A DNA stretch of 64,000 nt from Setoptus koraiensis (lineage: Eukaryota > Animalia > Arthropoda): assembly GCA_048013815.1 (NCBI GenBank), contig CM106585.1, positions 17,980,001 through 18,044,000 of the forward strand, given 5' to 3'. Below are positions 48,773 to 62,825 of the stretch, piece after piece; within the stretch, counting starts at the first letter, position 1, and each line of letters starts with the position of its first letter. The translations under genes and the position numbers were made by a program. The notes under the pieces were generated by a model. The model saw only the letters and a list, made by a program, of their open reading frames with translations, searched no databases and had not been told where the DNA came from.

Positions 48773-51072
48773 TTATTTCAGTAGACTCTTTCTCTTTCTT
48801 CTGTTTGCTTGCTGATCGGTTGATTCTTCAATGGTGTCGGTTACATCAACGTCCTTTGTTTCGGTTACCAGCAAAACGAGAGCCAATGAAAGGGCGAGCG
48901 GTATACTCGCTATCATGACGGAATAGTTTACATCGCCACCAACAAGTTGCAAAATTCTAGGTTTAAATGGTGCTAAACAACCACCAAATGCCGTGGCTGT
49001 CATGACAATCGAGGAGCCACGATCTCTCAACTCGGTGGGAAACACTTCGTAGGCGACTAAAAATAATATAATAACTCCATTTATGGCGGATATTTTCGCA
49101 ATAATATCTATGGTAGCAAACAGGGCGAACGATCTAACCAATAGATCACCAGTGTTGGATATTATTGTTTCAGTGAGGCATGTCAAACCGGCGAGGCAGA
49201 TAAATAGGGCAATGCAGGTTTTACGCTTAAAGATCAGCATGAAACCCAGTGATATCACCAAGCTACTTAGCTCACTTGAACCGGAAAAGATGAAATTAGC
49301 GACTAGAGATTTGTGATCCTTCGAAAAGTGTATCGTCCTAGCGTAATAGATGTAACTGCTGAAGCATAGCGACATCCAGAGTATTAAGATATTGAAACAA
49401 AACAACGGACGTCTGAATAGATCTAACACGCTGGATTTTTTTCTTGAATCATCCTGCAAACAAATGAAAGTCAAGATTAAGAACAAATTAGAGCATGAAG
49501 CTTTTCTCCTTTCGGTAGTTTAATCTTACAACTCACCAGTGATATTTGCTTATTGTCGATGTCAGTGGTCAAGTATTGATCAATCTTCGAGTCGAAATCC
49601 ACATCTTTCCGTGCCTTCACAGAATTGAATTTTGCCGCCCGTCTAATCTCTTTTCTTGCGGCCTCATACTTGCCATGCACCTTGAGCCATCTAATAGATT
49701 CTGGCAAAAAGAGCAACCAAGGTAAACTGATAGATGGGGGAGAGCCAATAATCGATTACGAAAATTGATTTTAATATATTCAATGCAGATATATTTAATT
49801 CGCAAGTTAATTCGGCCTTACCCTACGAACATCATTGCCGGACAAATGGCGGCAATATAGCGCCATCTATTTGTTTCGATTCCTATGAAGGCAAGCGAAA
49901 TTATCCCGCAACCCTGTGAATTTATATAAATTCGGTTTATAACTCTGGTTTGTCTAGTCTATTTGATACTGTTGGATGGTTAAAACGAATGAAAATTGTG
50001 TAAGTTGCCAGAAAAAGTTGTGCTTACCCATCCTAAGCGATTTGCAGTTGTAGCAAAGGTCCTGTATCTAGTGCCTATCATTTCGACTTCTATTATCTCA
50101 ATGTAAAACGTAAAATGTAAATAATGTATCACAATAATATATATATATTGAAATGATTGCATAGTAGATTATGATGTGATGTCCGGTTGGATAAAATTTA
50201 CTCACGAAGCGTATTCAAACCACAAAAACCAGTTGCTCCGAACGCCGTTCCAAATCTCGTCACCAGCAACAGGTAGATGGAGGGCGAAAACAAACCGGCC
50301 AAACTGAATAGAAATGCCATACAGTGACAAATAGTATGCGCGGGCCATCTACCTATTTTATCAGAAAGATGTCCCCAGAAGAGTTTTCCTAGCAACGTTC
50401 CAAGGAAGTAGCTTGTAATGAGTAATGAGCCGAGCATCTTTCTATCACATATTAAATCGTACTGGACAAGTGTTCGAGAATAATTGATATGATTAAACAA
50501 TTGATCAATAAACTATTTGCCAAATCATTTACCAGCGAAAAGTACCTCAACGGTGAGAGTGCCTTCTAGGCTTGCATCGGAATATTTCCAATTGAGACAC
50601 GGTGCCGCCGTGCCATTAGTATCAAAATACTCGCATCCTATGTCCAATCTGAAAGCGATGAATGATTTGTAAACAGAGTTGTCGTGATCATGTTTGTTTA
50701 GAAGACTAACAGCGAGGCGCAGAAAATCAGATTCCATGAGATGCTCACTCTTTGTTGCCTGTTGATGGAATACATTGAAAATCGATATCCGGATGGATGG
50801 ACAATGACAATGCAATACTGTCTATGGCAACAGTTATCTCCCGGATGAAACTGAACAGCATGACATTTAGATGGTACGGTCCAAACTGACCTGCAATTGT
50901 CGCGTGATGATTGGAAACATATTTTCTCTAAATGAAATATCGAATGGTATTAGGGCGAACGCATTCTGTCCGCTAATTTTGAGATCAATTGCTAAAAAGA
51001 CCTACCGATCAAATCGTTCAAATTTACCGATTTTTCCCCTGTTTTTCGATGTTTGCTTTTCTCCTCTCCCAT
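48773..51072 (-). CDS. SLC22-like MFS transporter, copy 2
   Basis: MGEEKSK..VNLNDLIG, YDLICDRK, WGHLSDKIGR, LPESIRWL and YEVFPTELRDRG. Same intron positions as the neighbouring copies. Confidence 0.85.
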
Positions 51073-51626
51073 TTCTGAATGATGATAGAAGCGTTGTTCG
51101 TTGTCGATTTGTCAGAACATAAATACAAAACTGTGATCGATCCGAGCTCGACGCCTGGTTTCTTCGCAGTAATTTTTCGTTCGACGGGACACAATTAACA
51201 ATAAAGACAGAATTATTGGCATCATGTTGTTTGCGGCAACATGCTGATGGTGAGAGATAATTAGCCAGTGAGAGATGCTAATCATATTGTTAGGGTATAA
51301 ATCTCTTGTCAAGTGATACTTATAATCAGAGTAAACACAAGAAGAAACGGAGCGTCGATCTTACAAATCATTCCCGACAATGGATTGTCGACTGTACAAG
51401 TAGCTCTCAAGTTACAAAATAGTCACATGACTATATGATGATTGTATTTTGTTACTCGATGCCATCATCTGTCATACGCACAATAGATAGAATAATTTTA
51501 TATCTTAATTTGACAATAATAATCGTGAATTGACACATGTGGCTCCCGGATTATTATCGCTGCCTAAGCAAAAACATTGCTAGCGGAGAACTAATCTCTT
51601 TCTAGTATCCACTATAGATTGTATAA

Positions 51627-53927
51627 TCAGTTATTCCGTGGACTTTTGCACTCTCTTCTATTTGCATGCTTATCCGTCGATTCTTCGATCGTATCGGTGA
51701 CATCAACGTCCTTTGTTTCGGTTACCAGCAAAATAAGAGCTGACGATAGAGCTAGCGATATACCCGCTATCATGAGAGAATAGTTTAAGTCACCACCAAC
51801 TGATTCCAGAATAGTGGGTTTAAATGGCGCCAGAATACCACCAAAAGCGCAGCCTGTCAGTATAATTGAGGCGCCACGATCTCTCAACTCGGTGGGAAAT
51901 ACTTCGTAGGCGACTAAAAATAATATAATAATTCCATTTATGGCGCATATTTTTGCAATAAAATCTATGATAGCAAACAGGACGAATGATTCAATTAATA
52001 GATCACTAGCGGTGGCTATTATTGCTTCGGTGAGGCATGTCAAACCTGTAAGACAGTTGAATAGAGCGATGCAGGTTTTGCGCTTGAACATCAACATGAA
52101 ACCCAACGATATACCCAGGCCAATTAGTTCACTTGAACCGGAAAAGATGAAATTTGCGACTAATGATTTGTGATCTTTGGAAAAGTGTATTGTCCTGGAG
52201 TAATAAGTGTAACCGCTGAAACAGAGCGACATCCAGAGTGTTACGAGATTGAAACAAAACAACGAATGTCTGAATAGATCTAGCACGCTGGCCGATTTTT
52301 TTCTCGAGTCATCCTGCGAATAAATGAAAGTGAAAGTTTACAACAAATTAGAGCATGAATTCTTTCTCCCTTCGGTATGACAAGTTTAATCTTACAACTT
52401 ACCGGTGATGCTTTCGTATTGTCGATGTCAGTAGTCAGGTAATGATCGATCTTCGAGTCGAAATCAGCATCTTTCCGTGCCTTCACAAAATTATATTTTG
52501 CCGCCCGCCTAATCTCTTTTCTTGCGGCCTCATGCTTGCCATGCACCTTGAGCCATCTAATAGAGTCTGGCAAAATAAGCAACCAAGGTAAGCTGATGGA
52601 TTGGGGAGAGCCAATGATCGATTACTAAGATTGCTTATAATATATTCAATGCAGATATATTCATTTCCGAGTTGATTTGGCCTTACCCTATGGACATCAA
52701 TACCGGGCAAATGGCAGCAATATAGCGCCATTTATTTGTCTGGATTCCTATGAGGGCAACTAACATGATCCCGAAACCCTTCGGATTCAATTCAAATTAG
52801 GTTTATAACAGCTTTTTTTCAGTTCATATGATTCTATTAGATAATTAGAAAGATGATGTGCGAAAAAGTTTTATTTACCCATCCGCAGTGATTGGCGACG
52901 GTAGCGAAAGCCCTATATCTAGTGCCTATCATCTCGATCTCTATCATCTCAATGTAGATAATGCAATAATGCACAAGAATTATATGGATATCTCTATTAA
53001 TATGCTAATTATGTAATGGTTTGATATTTGATCGGATAAATTTTACTTACGAACTGTATTTTGAATACCGGAACCAGTGGCTCCGAAAGCCGTTCCGAAT
53101 CGCGTTAGCATCAACAGGTAGATTGAGGGCGAAAACAAGCCAGCCAAACTGAACAGAAGCGCCACAGAGTGGCAAATAGCGTGAGCACGCCATCTGCCTA
53201 GCTTGTCAGAGAGATTTCCCCAGATAAAGTTCCCAAACAGGGCTCCAATGTAGTAGCTTGTCAGCAGTAGGGGGGCGAGCATCTTTCGATCGCATATTAA
53301 ATCGTACTGAAGAAGAGTTCGAGAAAGATTGATATAATTAAACAACTGATCAATAGATTATTTGCCAAATCATTTGCCTGCGAAAAGTACCTCAACTGTG
53401 AGAGTGCCCTCCAGGCTTGCATCGGAATATTTCCAATTGAGACATGGTGCCGCCGTGCCATTAGTATCGAAATACTCGCATCCTAGGTCTAATCTGGAAG
53501 CGATAAATGATGTGGTTGTAGTAAGAAAAAAAGTTGTTGTTCATGCGTTTGCCTTGAAGTCTAACATAGAAACTTTTCTGAAATGATGCAGAAAAATTTG
53601 ATCTCATGCGATGCTCACTTTTCGTCGCCTGTCGATGGAATACATTGAAAGTCGATATCCGGATGGATGGACAATGACAATGCAATACTGTCTATTGAAA
53701 TAGTTGCCTCTCGGAGGAAACAGAACAGCATGACATTCACATGGTATGGTCCAAACTGGCCTGAAATTATCAAGAATAGATGTTTTTTAATGAGATATCA
53801 AATGATGCTCTGTCGAACGAATCTCAGGATACGTGGTATCAATCGCGATTGGTGAACTACCTATCAGCTCGTTTAGATCCACCGATTTCTTCCCATCATT
53901 TTTATCACTCTTCACCATTGTCGGCAT
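51627..53927 (-). CDS. SLC22-like MFS transporter, copy 3
   Basis: MPTMVKSDKN..VDLNELIG|QFGPYH, YDLICDRK, WGNLSDKLGR and YEVFPTELR. The 5' exons I checked splice in frame. Confidence 0.85.
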
Positions 53928-55440
53928 CGAAAAATACTTTACTGTTGGTGAAAGTTGACACTGATCAGAATCCGAGTTAAAATTTTCTAAATAGAATTTC
54001 TTTCCAGGTGGACCTACCCTAGTGTCACCGGGTTCTGCTTGCTGGTGGTATCTCTCGCCCGGCTAGAAAAAGTGCATGTATCTAACAAATTCATTCTAGG
54101 CCATAAAAGCATGAGCCATAATTTCAATCGACCAGCAACATTTTTCAACCTCCGATTGCATTGACAAGCAAGATATCATTTGTGGTGCTGTCGATTACAT
54201 TTATGGCTCACACTGCTAGTCAGATGGAATTTCAGTTGGTGATTATGTTGTTGGTTTTCACCTATTGCTATTGTTATACTATTTTGCAAGTCGAGATATG
54301 ATCGCGACATTGAGAAATTCACGCAACTGTTTGTGATTTAGGCTTAATCTCTGTCTATGTTTGCTTAAACGATATTCATCACCATTGAATGTTGAAATTA
54401 TGGAGCAGGCAACGCATTTGACCTTTTTGTGTCAGTTCCGACTAGAGTGGGGATCTTTATGATTAAAACACGCATTTAAGCCGCCACGGTAATCATATCA
54501 TTTGTTCGAATTTCATTAATATAGAATATTTTGGATTTAGACCATGTTAAAATCAATGATATATCATCAGCTAGTGGCGCTAAAAGAGGTGATCATATAT
54601 GAAATGATTACACAGAAGATTGTGCAGTTGTCACAAGTATGTTTCCTGATGATTCTTCATTTTCGGGAACCGTCTTGCCTCATTGTGTTTGCTGTGTAAA
54701 ATTGAATAGACATGATTCTGAGAATAATATCAGCCACAAGAAACATTTTTCAGAACAAATCTACATCAATGTATTCATTTGAAAATGCATTAGGCACCCC
54801 TAGTTGATTTTTTTTTTTGCACATATTGCGGGCACACACCGGACTTTACTGATACAATTGTAATTTTGCAGTGAATCAGATCGACTGTGCATGTGAACAT
54901 GATTGTGTAATGATTATATTGAATATTCCAGACGTTGATAAATGAAGGCAAATCCTCTCCATTCACAAATACTTCAAACTGATTAATTGTTAGTCAACTT
55001 TTTCTATTATCCAGCTAGTTTGTCTGGCCACGAATGAATAATGTCTGGAGTTGATACGCTTACAACATACTAGCAAACGGTAAATTGTCGCACGAAATCT
55101 CGTGTGAAATAAATTTTATTTCCTCCACTTTTTAGTAGCCACCATTGCACCAATTGTCTCAAGCCGGGAAGCGGCTAAAAATACACGGAATCGGTTTTAG
55201 GAGATCGGATTTTTTCATTTTTATCCAGTCAAAATTGCATGTGGCAGGAAGTACCCCTTCCGAGTCTATGAGTGGGAGGTGGGAGTTACCGTGCAGAGGA
55301 AATCTTCCCAACCCCGAAAAGTACATGAACTGTCGCTCTTATTCCGCACCTCGTTGAGGCATGCTGTGGAAGAATTCATAGAAAAATACCACATTTTTAA
55401 ATTTTTATGGAAAATAAACATTTAGACACTCAGTTTTATA

Positions 55441-55575
55441 CCCTATGATGGTTTATTATAACTGCATGATTTACGGCATGGCCAAACCCGTGACCGGTAG
55501 AATTTTTTCCTCCGAAATGGACGTCACTCGCACAATGTCAGAATATGCCAAATCGTCTAGCATTGATTGTTTGAA
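55441..55575 (-). pseudogene. Remnant of the His-rich membrane-protein gene
   Basis: Aligns by eye to 62978-63105 with an 8-nt insertion (GCACAATG), and is flanked by unrelated sequence. Confidence 0.8.
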
Positions 55576-55689
55576 TTATAATAATAATCTTGAATTGAAG
55601 CATATGTTTCTCGGATTATCATTGCTGTGAAAGCAAAAAAATAGCGAAAAATAAATCTCTATCTATTATCCAATATAGATATTATATGA

Positions 55690-58041
55690 TCAGTGATTCG
55701 GTGAAGTTTTCCTCTCTCTTCTGTTCTCCTGCTGATCTGTTGATTCTTCGATTGTATCGGTGACATCGAGGTCCTTTGTTTCGGTTACCAGCAAAACAAG
55801 AGCTAACGATAGAGCTAGCGATATACCCGCTATCATGAGAGAATAGTTTAAGTCACCACCAACTGATTCCAGAATTGTAGGTTTGAATGGGGCCAGAATA
55901 CCACCAAAAGCGCAGGCTGTCATTATAATTGAGGAGCCGCGCTCCCTTAATTCGGTGGGAAACACTTCGTAGGCGACTAAAAATAATATAATAACTCCAT
56001 TTATGGCAGATATTTTTGCGATAAAATCAATGATAGCAAACAGGACGAATGATTCAACTAATAGATCACTAGTGGTGGCTATTATTGCTTCGGTGAGGCA
56101 TGTCAAACCGGCTAGACAGTTGAATAGAGCGATGCAGGTTTTGCGCTTAAACATCAACATGAAACCCAACGATATGATCAGGCAAATTAGTTCGCTTGAA
56201 CCGGAAATGATGAAATTTGCAAATAACAATTTTTGATCTTTTGAAAAGTGTATTGTCCTAGAGTAATAGGTGTAATTGCTGAAACATAGCGACATCCAGA
56301 GTATAACGAGATTGAAACAAAACAACGAGTGCCTGAATAGATCTAGCACGCTGGCTGATTTTTTTCTCGAATCATCCTGCGAGTGAATGAAAGTGAAAGT
56401 TTACAACAAATTAGAGTATGAATTCTTTATCCCTTCGGCATGACAAGTTTAATATTGCAACTCACCAGTGATAATTTCTTATTTTCTATGTCAGTGGTCA
56501 GGTATTGATCGATCTTCGAGTCGAAATCAGCATCTTTCCGTGCCTTCACAAAATTATATTTTGCCGCCCGTCTAATCTCTTTTCTTGCGGCCTCGTGCTT
56601 GCCATGCACCTTGAGCCACCTAATGGATTCTGGCAAAATAAGCAACCAAGGTAAGCTGATGGATGGGGGAGAATCAATTATTGATAACGTTGATTATATA
56701 TAATAGATTTGGTGGATAAAAAATAGAATCGATAAATTTTATACACAAGATAAATCGGCCTTACGCTATAAACATTAAAATCGGACAAATGGCGGCAATA
56801 TAACGCCATTTATTTGTCTGGATTCCTATGAAGGCAACTAAAATTATCCCGAAACCCTGTGATTTAATGTAAATTCGGATTATAACGGCTTTGTTCAGTT
56901 CATATGGTTCTATTCGGTAATTCAGAAGAATTAACTGCGTGGAAAAGTCATAGTTACCCATCCTAGGTGATTGGCCGTCGTAGCGAAGGTCCTGTATCTT
57001 GTGCCGATCATTTCGATTTCTATTATCTCAATGTAGATAGTACAATAATGCACAAGAAATATATAGGTATATTTATGTATATATATTAATATGCGAATCA
57101 TGTGATGATATGATGATGTGATATTTGATCGGATAAAATTTACTCACGAACGGTGTTCTGAATAACGAAACCGGTGGCTCCGAACGCCGTTCCAAATCGC
57201 ATTAACATCAACAGGTAGATGGAAGGCGAAAACAAACCGGCCAAACTGAATAGAAATGCCACAAAGTGACAAATAGTGTGCGCACGCCATCTACCTAACT
57301 TGTCAGAGAGATGCCCCCAGAAAAGTTTCCCAAACAGCATTCCTAGGAAGTAGCTTGTCATCAGTAGTGGGGCGAGCATCTTTCTATCACATATTAAATC
57401 GTACTGGACAGGTGTTCGAGAATGATTGATATAATTAAACAACTGATCATTGAATTGAATTTGCCAAATCATTTGCCAGCGAAAAGTACCTCAACTGTGA
57501 GAGTGCCTTCTAGGCTTGCATCGGAATATTTCCAATTGAGACACGGTGCCGCCGTGCCATTAGTATCAAAATACTCGCATCCTATGTCTAATCTGAAAGT
57601 GATGAATGATAAGATTGTAAATTTAGTTTAGTTATAAACAGAGTTGTTGTGATCATGTTTGTTTAGAAAACTAACAGCGAGACACAGGAAATTAGATTCC
57701 ATGAGATGCTCACTCTTTTGAATTGCCTGTTAGTGCAATACATTGAAAGTCGATATCCGGATGGATTGATAGTGACAATGCAACACCATCTATTGCAACG
57801 GTTGCCTCTCGGAAGAAACTGAACAGCATGACATTCAGATGGTATGGTCCAAACTGGCCTGCAATTGTCGCGTGATGATTGGAAACATATTTTCTCTAAA
57901 TGAGATATCGGATGATATTAGGACGAACGAATTCTGTCTACTGATTTCGGTATCTATCGCGATTAGTGAACTACCTATCAACTCGTTTAGATCCACAGAT
58001 TTCTTTCCATCTTTCTTATCGCTCTTCAACATTCTTGTCAT
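55690..58041 (-). CDS. SLC22-like MFS transporter, copy 4
   Basis: MTRMLKSDKK..VDLNELIG, YDLICDRK, WGHLSDKLGR, LPESIRWL and YEVFPTELRERG. Confidence 0.85.
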
Positions 58042-59135
58042 CAAAAAATACTTTACTGCTGGTGAAAGTCAACACAAATCCTTCGCCCTGAAATTCGATC
58101 AATTATTTTCTGAATTGATTATCTTCCTATTCCTAGAGTCACGGAATCCTCCTTGCTGGTGATATCCCTCGCCCTGCTAGAAAAAGTGCATGCAATTCCT
58201 GTCGATGCATCTAACAAATTCAATCAAGGTCATAAAAGTATGAGCCATAATTTCCATCGCCCAGCAATATTTTTCAACCTCCGATTGCAGTGACAAGCAA
58301 GATATCATTTGTGGTTCTGTAGATCACATTTATGGCTCAGACTTTTAGTCAGATGGAATTTCAGTTGGTGATTATGTTGTTGGTTTTCACCTATTGCTAT
58401 TGTTGTACTATTTTGCAAGTCGAGATATGATCGCGACATTGAGAAATTCACGCAACTGTTTGTGATTTAGGCTTAATCTCTGTCTATGTTTGCTTAAACG
58501 ATATTCATCATCATTGAATGTTGAAATTATGGAGCAGTTTGCGACAATTTCGACCATCCGATGGATCGTGGGCGAGTGGCGTGGGGAAAGGCAGCCGAAT
58601 ATGAAATGATTACAGCTAGGATTATATTTTGATTGCATTTTATTGGAATTGTGTTTTTCTGATAATTCTTCATTTTCGGAACCCCTCTCACTTCTTCGCT
58701 CTCGCGGTGTTAGATGTACGACATGATTTTGAGAATAACACTACTCACAAGAAACATTTTCCAGAACAAATCTGTATCAATGTATCCATTTGAGAATGCA
58801 TTAGACGCCCCTTGCACACATCGCGGGTACATACCGGACTGCGCCGAAACGATTGCAATGATGTCACTTGTGTCGTGAATCAGATTGATTGTGTAGATGT
58901 TTATGATTGTTTAATAATTATATCGAGTATTTCAGACGTTGCTAATCCGCTGCAAATCCTCTCGACTCATACTGCTTACAATTGTTAGTCAACTTTTTCT
59001 ATCCTCCAACTCTTTTGTTTGGTCATGAATGGATAATATCTGGAGTTGATACGCTTACAACATACTAGCAAGCGGTAAATTGTCGCCCAAAATTTAGTGT
59101 GGCATAAATTTTATCTCCTGCTCTTTTTAGTAGCC

Positions 59136-59255
59136 CGGAGTTTCGATTCTACGAACGGTTTCCCTTTGCTTGGGCCCGTAACCAATGCACCTATCATAAT
59201 CAAAATCATACTGCTTATACCTATGGCCATAGCTATTCCGAATGCAGCGTCAAAT
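59136..59255 (-). pseudogene. Remnant of the C-terminal TM exon of the His-rich membrane-protein gene
   Basis: Aligns to 62813-62940 (AFGIAMAIGISS.ILIMIGAL) with an 8-nt indel that shifts the frame. Confidence 0.8.
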
Positions 59256-59787
59256 TTGTTGATTTTTCGAAAGGCCGGATTCCATGATGTCGAACTATCA
59301 AATTACCGAAATTATCTCGAAACCGTGTGGATAAATATTGATTCGGTTCAGAATATCGACGTGCGAAATCTCGACAAAGCTATATTTTGATGATAATTGC
59401 AATCTGCATTTATTGTATTCAATGTATATAGATGCATAAATGAAGTAACATAACTACTCTTCGGGATCGCCGACAACATCCCGTTCATTCTCCTCTCTGT
59501 CATCATGTACCACAATAGTGAACTTGTATAATGAATGATGATTACGTGTCCGGTCGGATGAAATTCACCTACGAGCGGTATTCAGATTACGAAATGGTCA
59601 CATGTCAATATCATGATTGTATTACGTCGCTTGTTGCTATACGCACAATAGATAGAATAATCTCACATCTTAATTTGACAATAATAATCTTGAATTGAAA
59701 CACATCTTTCTCGGATTATCAGTGCTGTCGAAGTAAAAACATAGCGAAAAACAAATCTCTATCTATTATCCAATATAGATTATTCAA

Positions 59788-62107
59788 TCAGTTGTTCTGA
59801 GGACTTTTGCCCTCCCTTCTACTTGCTTGTTGATCCGTCGATTCTTCGATCGTATCAGTGACATCAACGTCCTTTGTTTCGGTTACCAGCAAAGCAAGAG
59901 CTAACGATAGAGCTAGCGATATACCCGCTATCATGACAGAATAGTTTAAGTCACCACCAACTAGTTGCAGAATTGTAGGTTTGAATGGAGCCAGAATACC
60001 ACCAAAAGCGGAGCCTGTCATTATAATTGAGGCTCCACGATCTCTCAACTCGGTGGGAAACACTTCGTATGCGACTAAAAATAACATAATAACTCCATTT
60101 ATGGCGGATATTTTTGCAATAGCATCTATAATAGAGGACAGGGCGAATGATTTGACTAATAGATCACTAGTGTTGGCTAATATTGTTTCAGTGAGACCGG
60201 TCAGACCGGCGAGGCAGATAAATAGAGCAATGCAGGTTTTGCGCTTAAACATCATCATGAAACCAATCGATATCACCAAGCTACTTAGCTCACTTGAACC
60301 GGAAATGATGAAATTTGCGACTAAAGATTTGTGATCTTTCGAAAAGTGTATTGTCCTAGAGTAATAAGTGTAACTGCTGAAGCATAGCGACATCCAGAGT
60401 ATAACGAGATTGAAACAAAACAACGAATGTCTGAATAGATCTAGCATGCTGGCCGATTTTTTCCTCGAATCATCCTGCAAAAGAATGAGTGTGAGAGTTC
60501 AAAACAAATTAGGGCATGAAGACTTTCTTCCCTCAGTATGACGAGTTCAATCTTACAACTCACCAGTGATAATTTCTTATTTTCTATGTCAGTGGTCAGG
60601 TATTGATCGATCTTCGAGTCGAAATCAGCATCTTTCCGTGCCTTCACAAAATTATATTTCGCCGCCTTTCTAATCTCTTTTCGTGCGGCTTCATGCTTGC
60701 CATGCACCTTGAGCCATCTAATTGATTCTGGCATAATAAGCAACCAAGGTAAGCTGATGGATTGGGGAGAGCCAATGATCCATTACTAAGATTGTTTATA
60801 ATAAATAGCAGATATATTTCATTCGCAAATTAATTCGGCCTCACCTTATGAACATCAATACCGGACAAATGGCAGCAATATAGAGCCATTTATTTGTTTG
60901 GATTCCTATGAGGGCAACTAACATGATCCCGAAACCCTTCGGATTTAATATAAATTCGGTTTACAACAGCTTTGTTCAGTTCATATGATTCTATTATGGA
61001 TGATTAGAAAAAAAATGATGTGCAAAAAAGTTATATTTACCCATCCGCAGTGATTGGCGACGGTAGCGAAAGCCCTATATCTGGTGCCTATCATTTCGAT
61101 CTCTATCATCTCAATGTAGATAATGCAATAATGCACAAGAATTATATGGATATCAATATTAATATGCGAATTATGTAATGGTTTGATATTTGATCGGATA
61201 AATTTTACTTACGAACTGTATTCTGAATATTGGAACCAATGGCTCCGAACGCCGTTCCAATTCGCGTTAGCATCAACAGGTAGATTGAGGGCGAAAACAA
61301 GCCGGCTAAACTGAACAGAAGCGCCACAGAGTGGCAAATAGCGTGAGCACGCCATCTGCCTAGCTTGTCAGAGAGATTTCCCCAGATGAAGTTCCCAAAC
61401 AGGGCTCCAATGTAGTAGCTTGTCAGCAGTAGGGGGGCGAGCATCTTTCTGTCACATATTAAATCGTACTGGACAGGTGTTCGAGAATGATTGATATAGT
61501 TAAACAACTGATCATTGAATTGAATTTGCCAAATCATCTGCCTGCGAAAAGTACCTCAACTGTGAGAGTGCCCTCCAGGCTTGCATCGGAATATTTCCAA
61601 TTGAGACATGGTGCCGCCGTGCCATTAGTATCAAAATACTCGCATCCTAGGTCTAATCTGGAAGCGATAAATGATGTGGTTGTAGTAAGAAAAAAAGTTG
61701 TCGTTCATGCGTTTGCCTTGAAGTCTAACATAGAAACTTTTCTGAAATGATGCAGGAAAATTTGATCTCATGCGATGCTCACTTTTCGTCGCCTGGTGAT
61801 GGAATACATTGAAAGTCAATATCCGGATGGATGGACAATGACAATGCAATACTGTCTATGGCAACAGTCACCTTCCGAATGAAACCGAACAGCATGACAT
61901 TCAGATGGTATGGTCCAAACTGGCCTGCAATTGTCATGTGACGATTGAAAACATATTTTCTCTGAATGAGATATCGGATGATATTAAGACGAACGAATTC
62001 TGTCCGCAGATTTTGGTATCTATCGCGATTAGTGAACTACCTATCAACTCGTTTAGATCCACCGATTTCTTCCCATCTTTTTTATCACTCTTCGCCATTG
62101 CCGGCAT
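59788..62107 (-). CDS. SLC22-like MFS transporter, copy 5
   Basis: MPAMAKSDKK..VDLNELIG, YDLICDRK, WGNLSDKLGR, MPESIRWL and YEVFPTELRDRG. Confidence 0.85.
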
Positions 62108-62825
62108 CGAAAAGTACTTTACTGTTGTTGAAAGTTGACACAGATGCTTCTGCTTCTCAGAATCCGAGTTGAAATGTTCTAAATAGAATTTTTTTTCGGG
62201 TGGCCTTACTCCAAGTGTTACCGGGTTCTGCTCGCTGGTGATATCCCTCGCTCTGCTAGAAAAAGTGCATGCAATTCCTGTCGATGCATCTAACAAATTC
62301 AATCTAGGCCATAAAAGCATGAGCCATAATTTCCATCGCTCAGCAACATTTTCAACCTCCGATTGCAGTGACAAGCAAGATATCATTTGTGGTTCTGTAG
62401 ATCACATTTATGGCTCACACTTTTAGTCAGATGGAATTTCAGTTGGTGATTATGTTGTTGGTTTTCACCTATTGCTATTGTTGTACTATTTTACAAGTCG
62501 AGACATGGTCGCGACATTGAGAAATTCACGCAACTGTCTGCGATTTAGGCTTAATCTCTGTCTATGTTTACTGTCGAATGTCAAACCTATGGAACAAGCA
62601 ACGCAATTATCTCATTTGCGGCAATTTAGACCATCCGATGGAACGTGGGCGAGTAGCGGGGGAAAGGCAGCCGAATATGAAATGATTACACCGAGGATTA
62701 TGCATTTTATTATTAGAATTGTGCTTTCTGATAACTCTCTATATTCGTGACCCATCTCACCAAACTCGAATACACCAAGTCCGGATTAATAGACTCCGAC
62801 CGTCATTGCTATCGGAGTTTCGATT

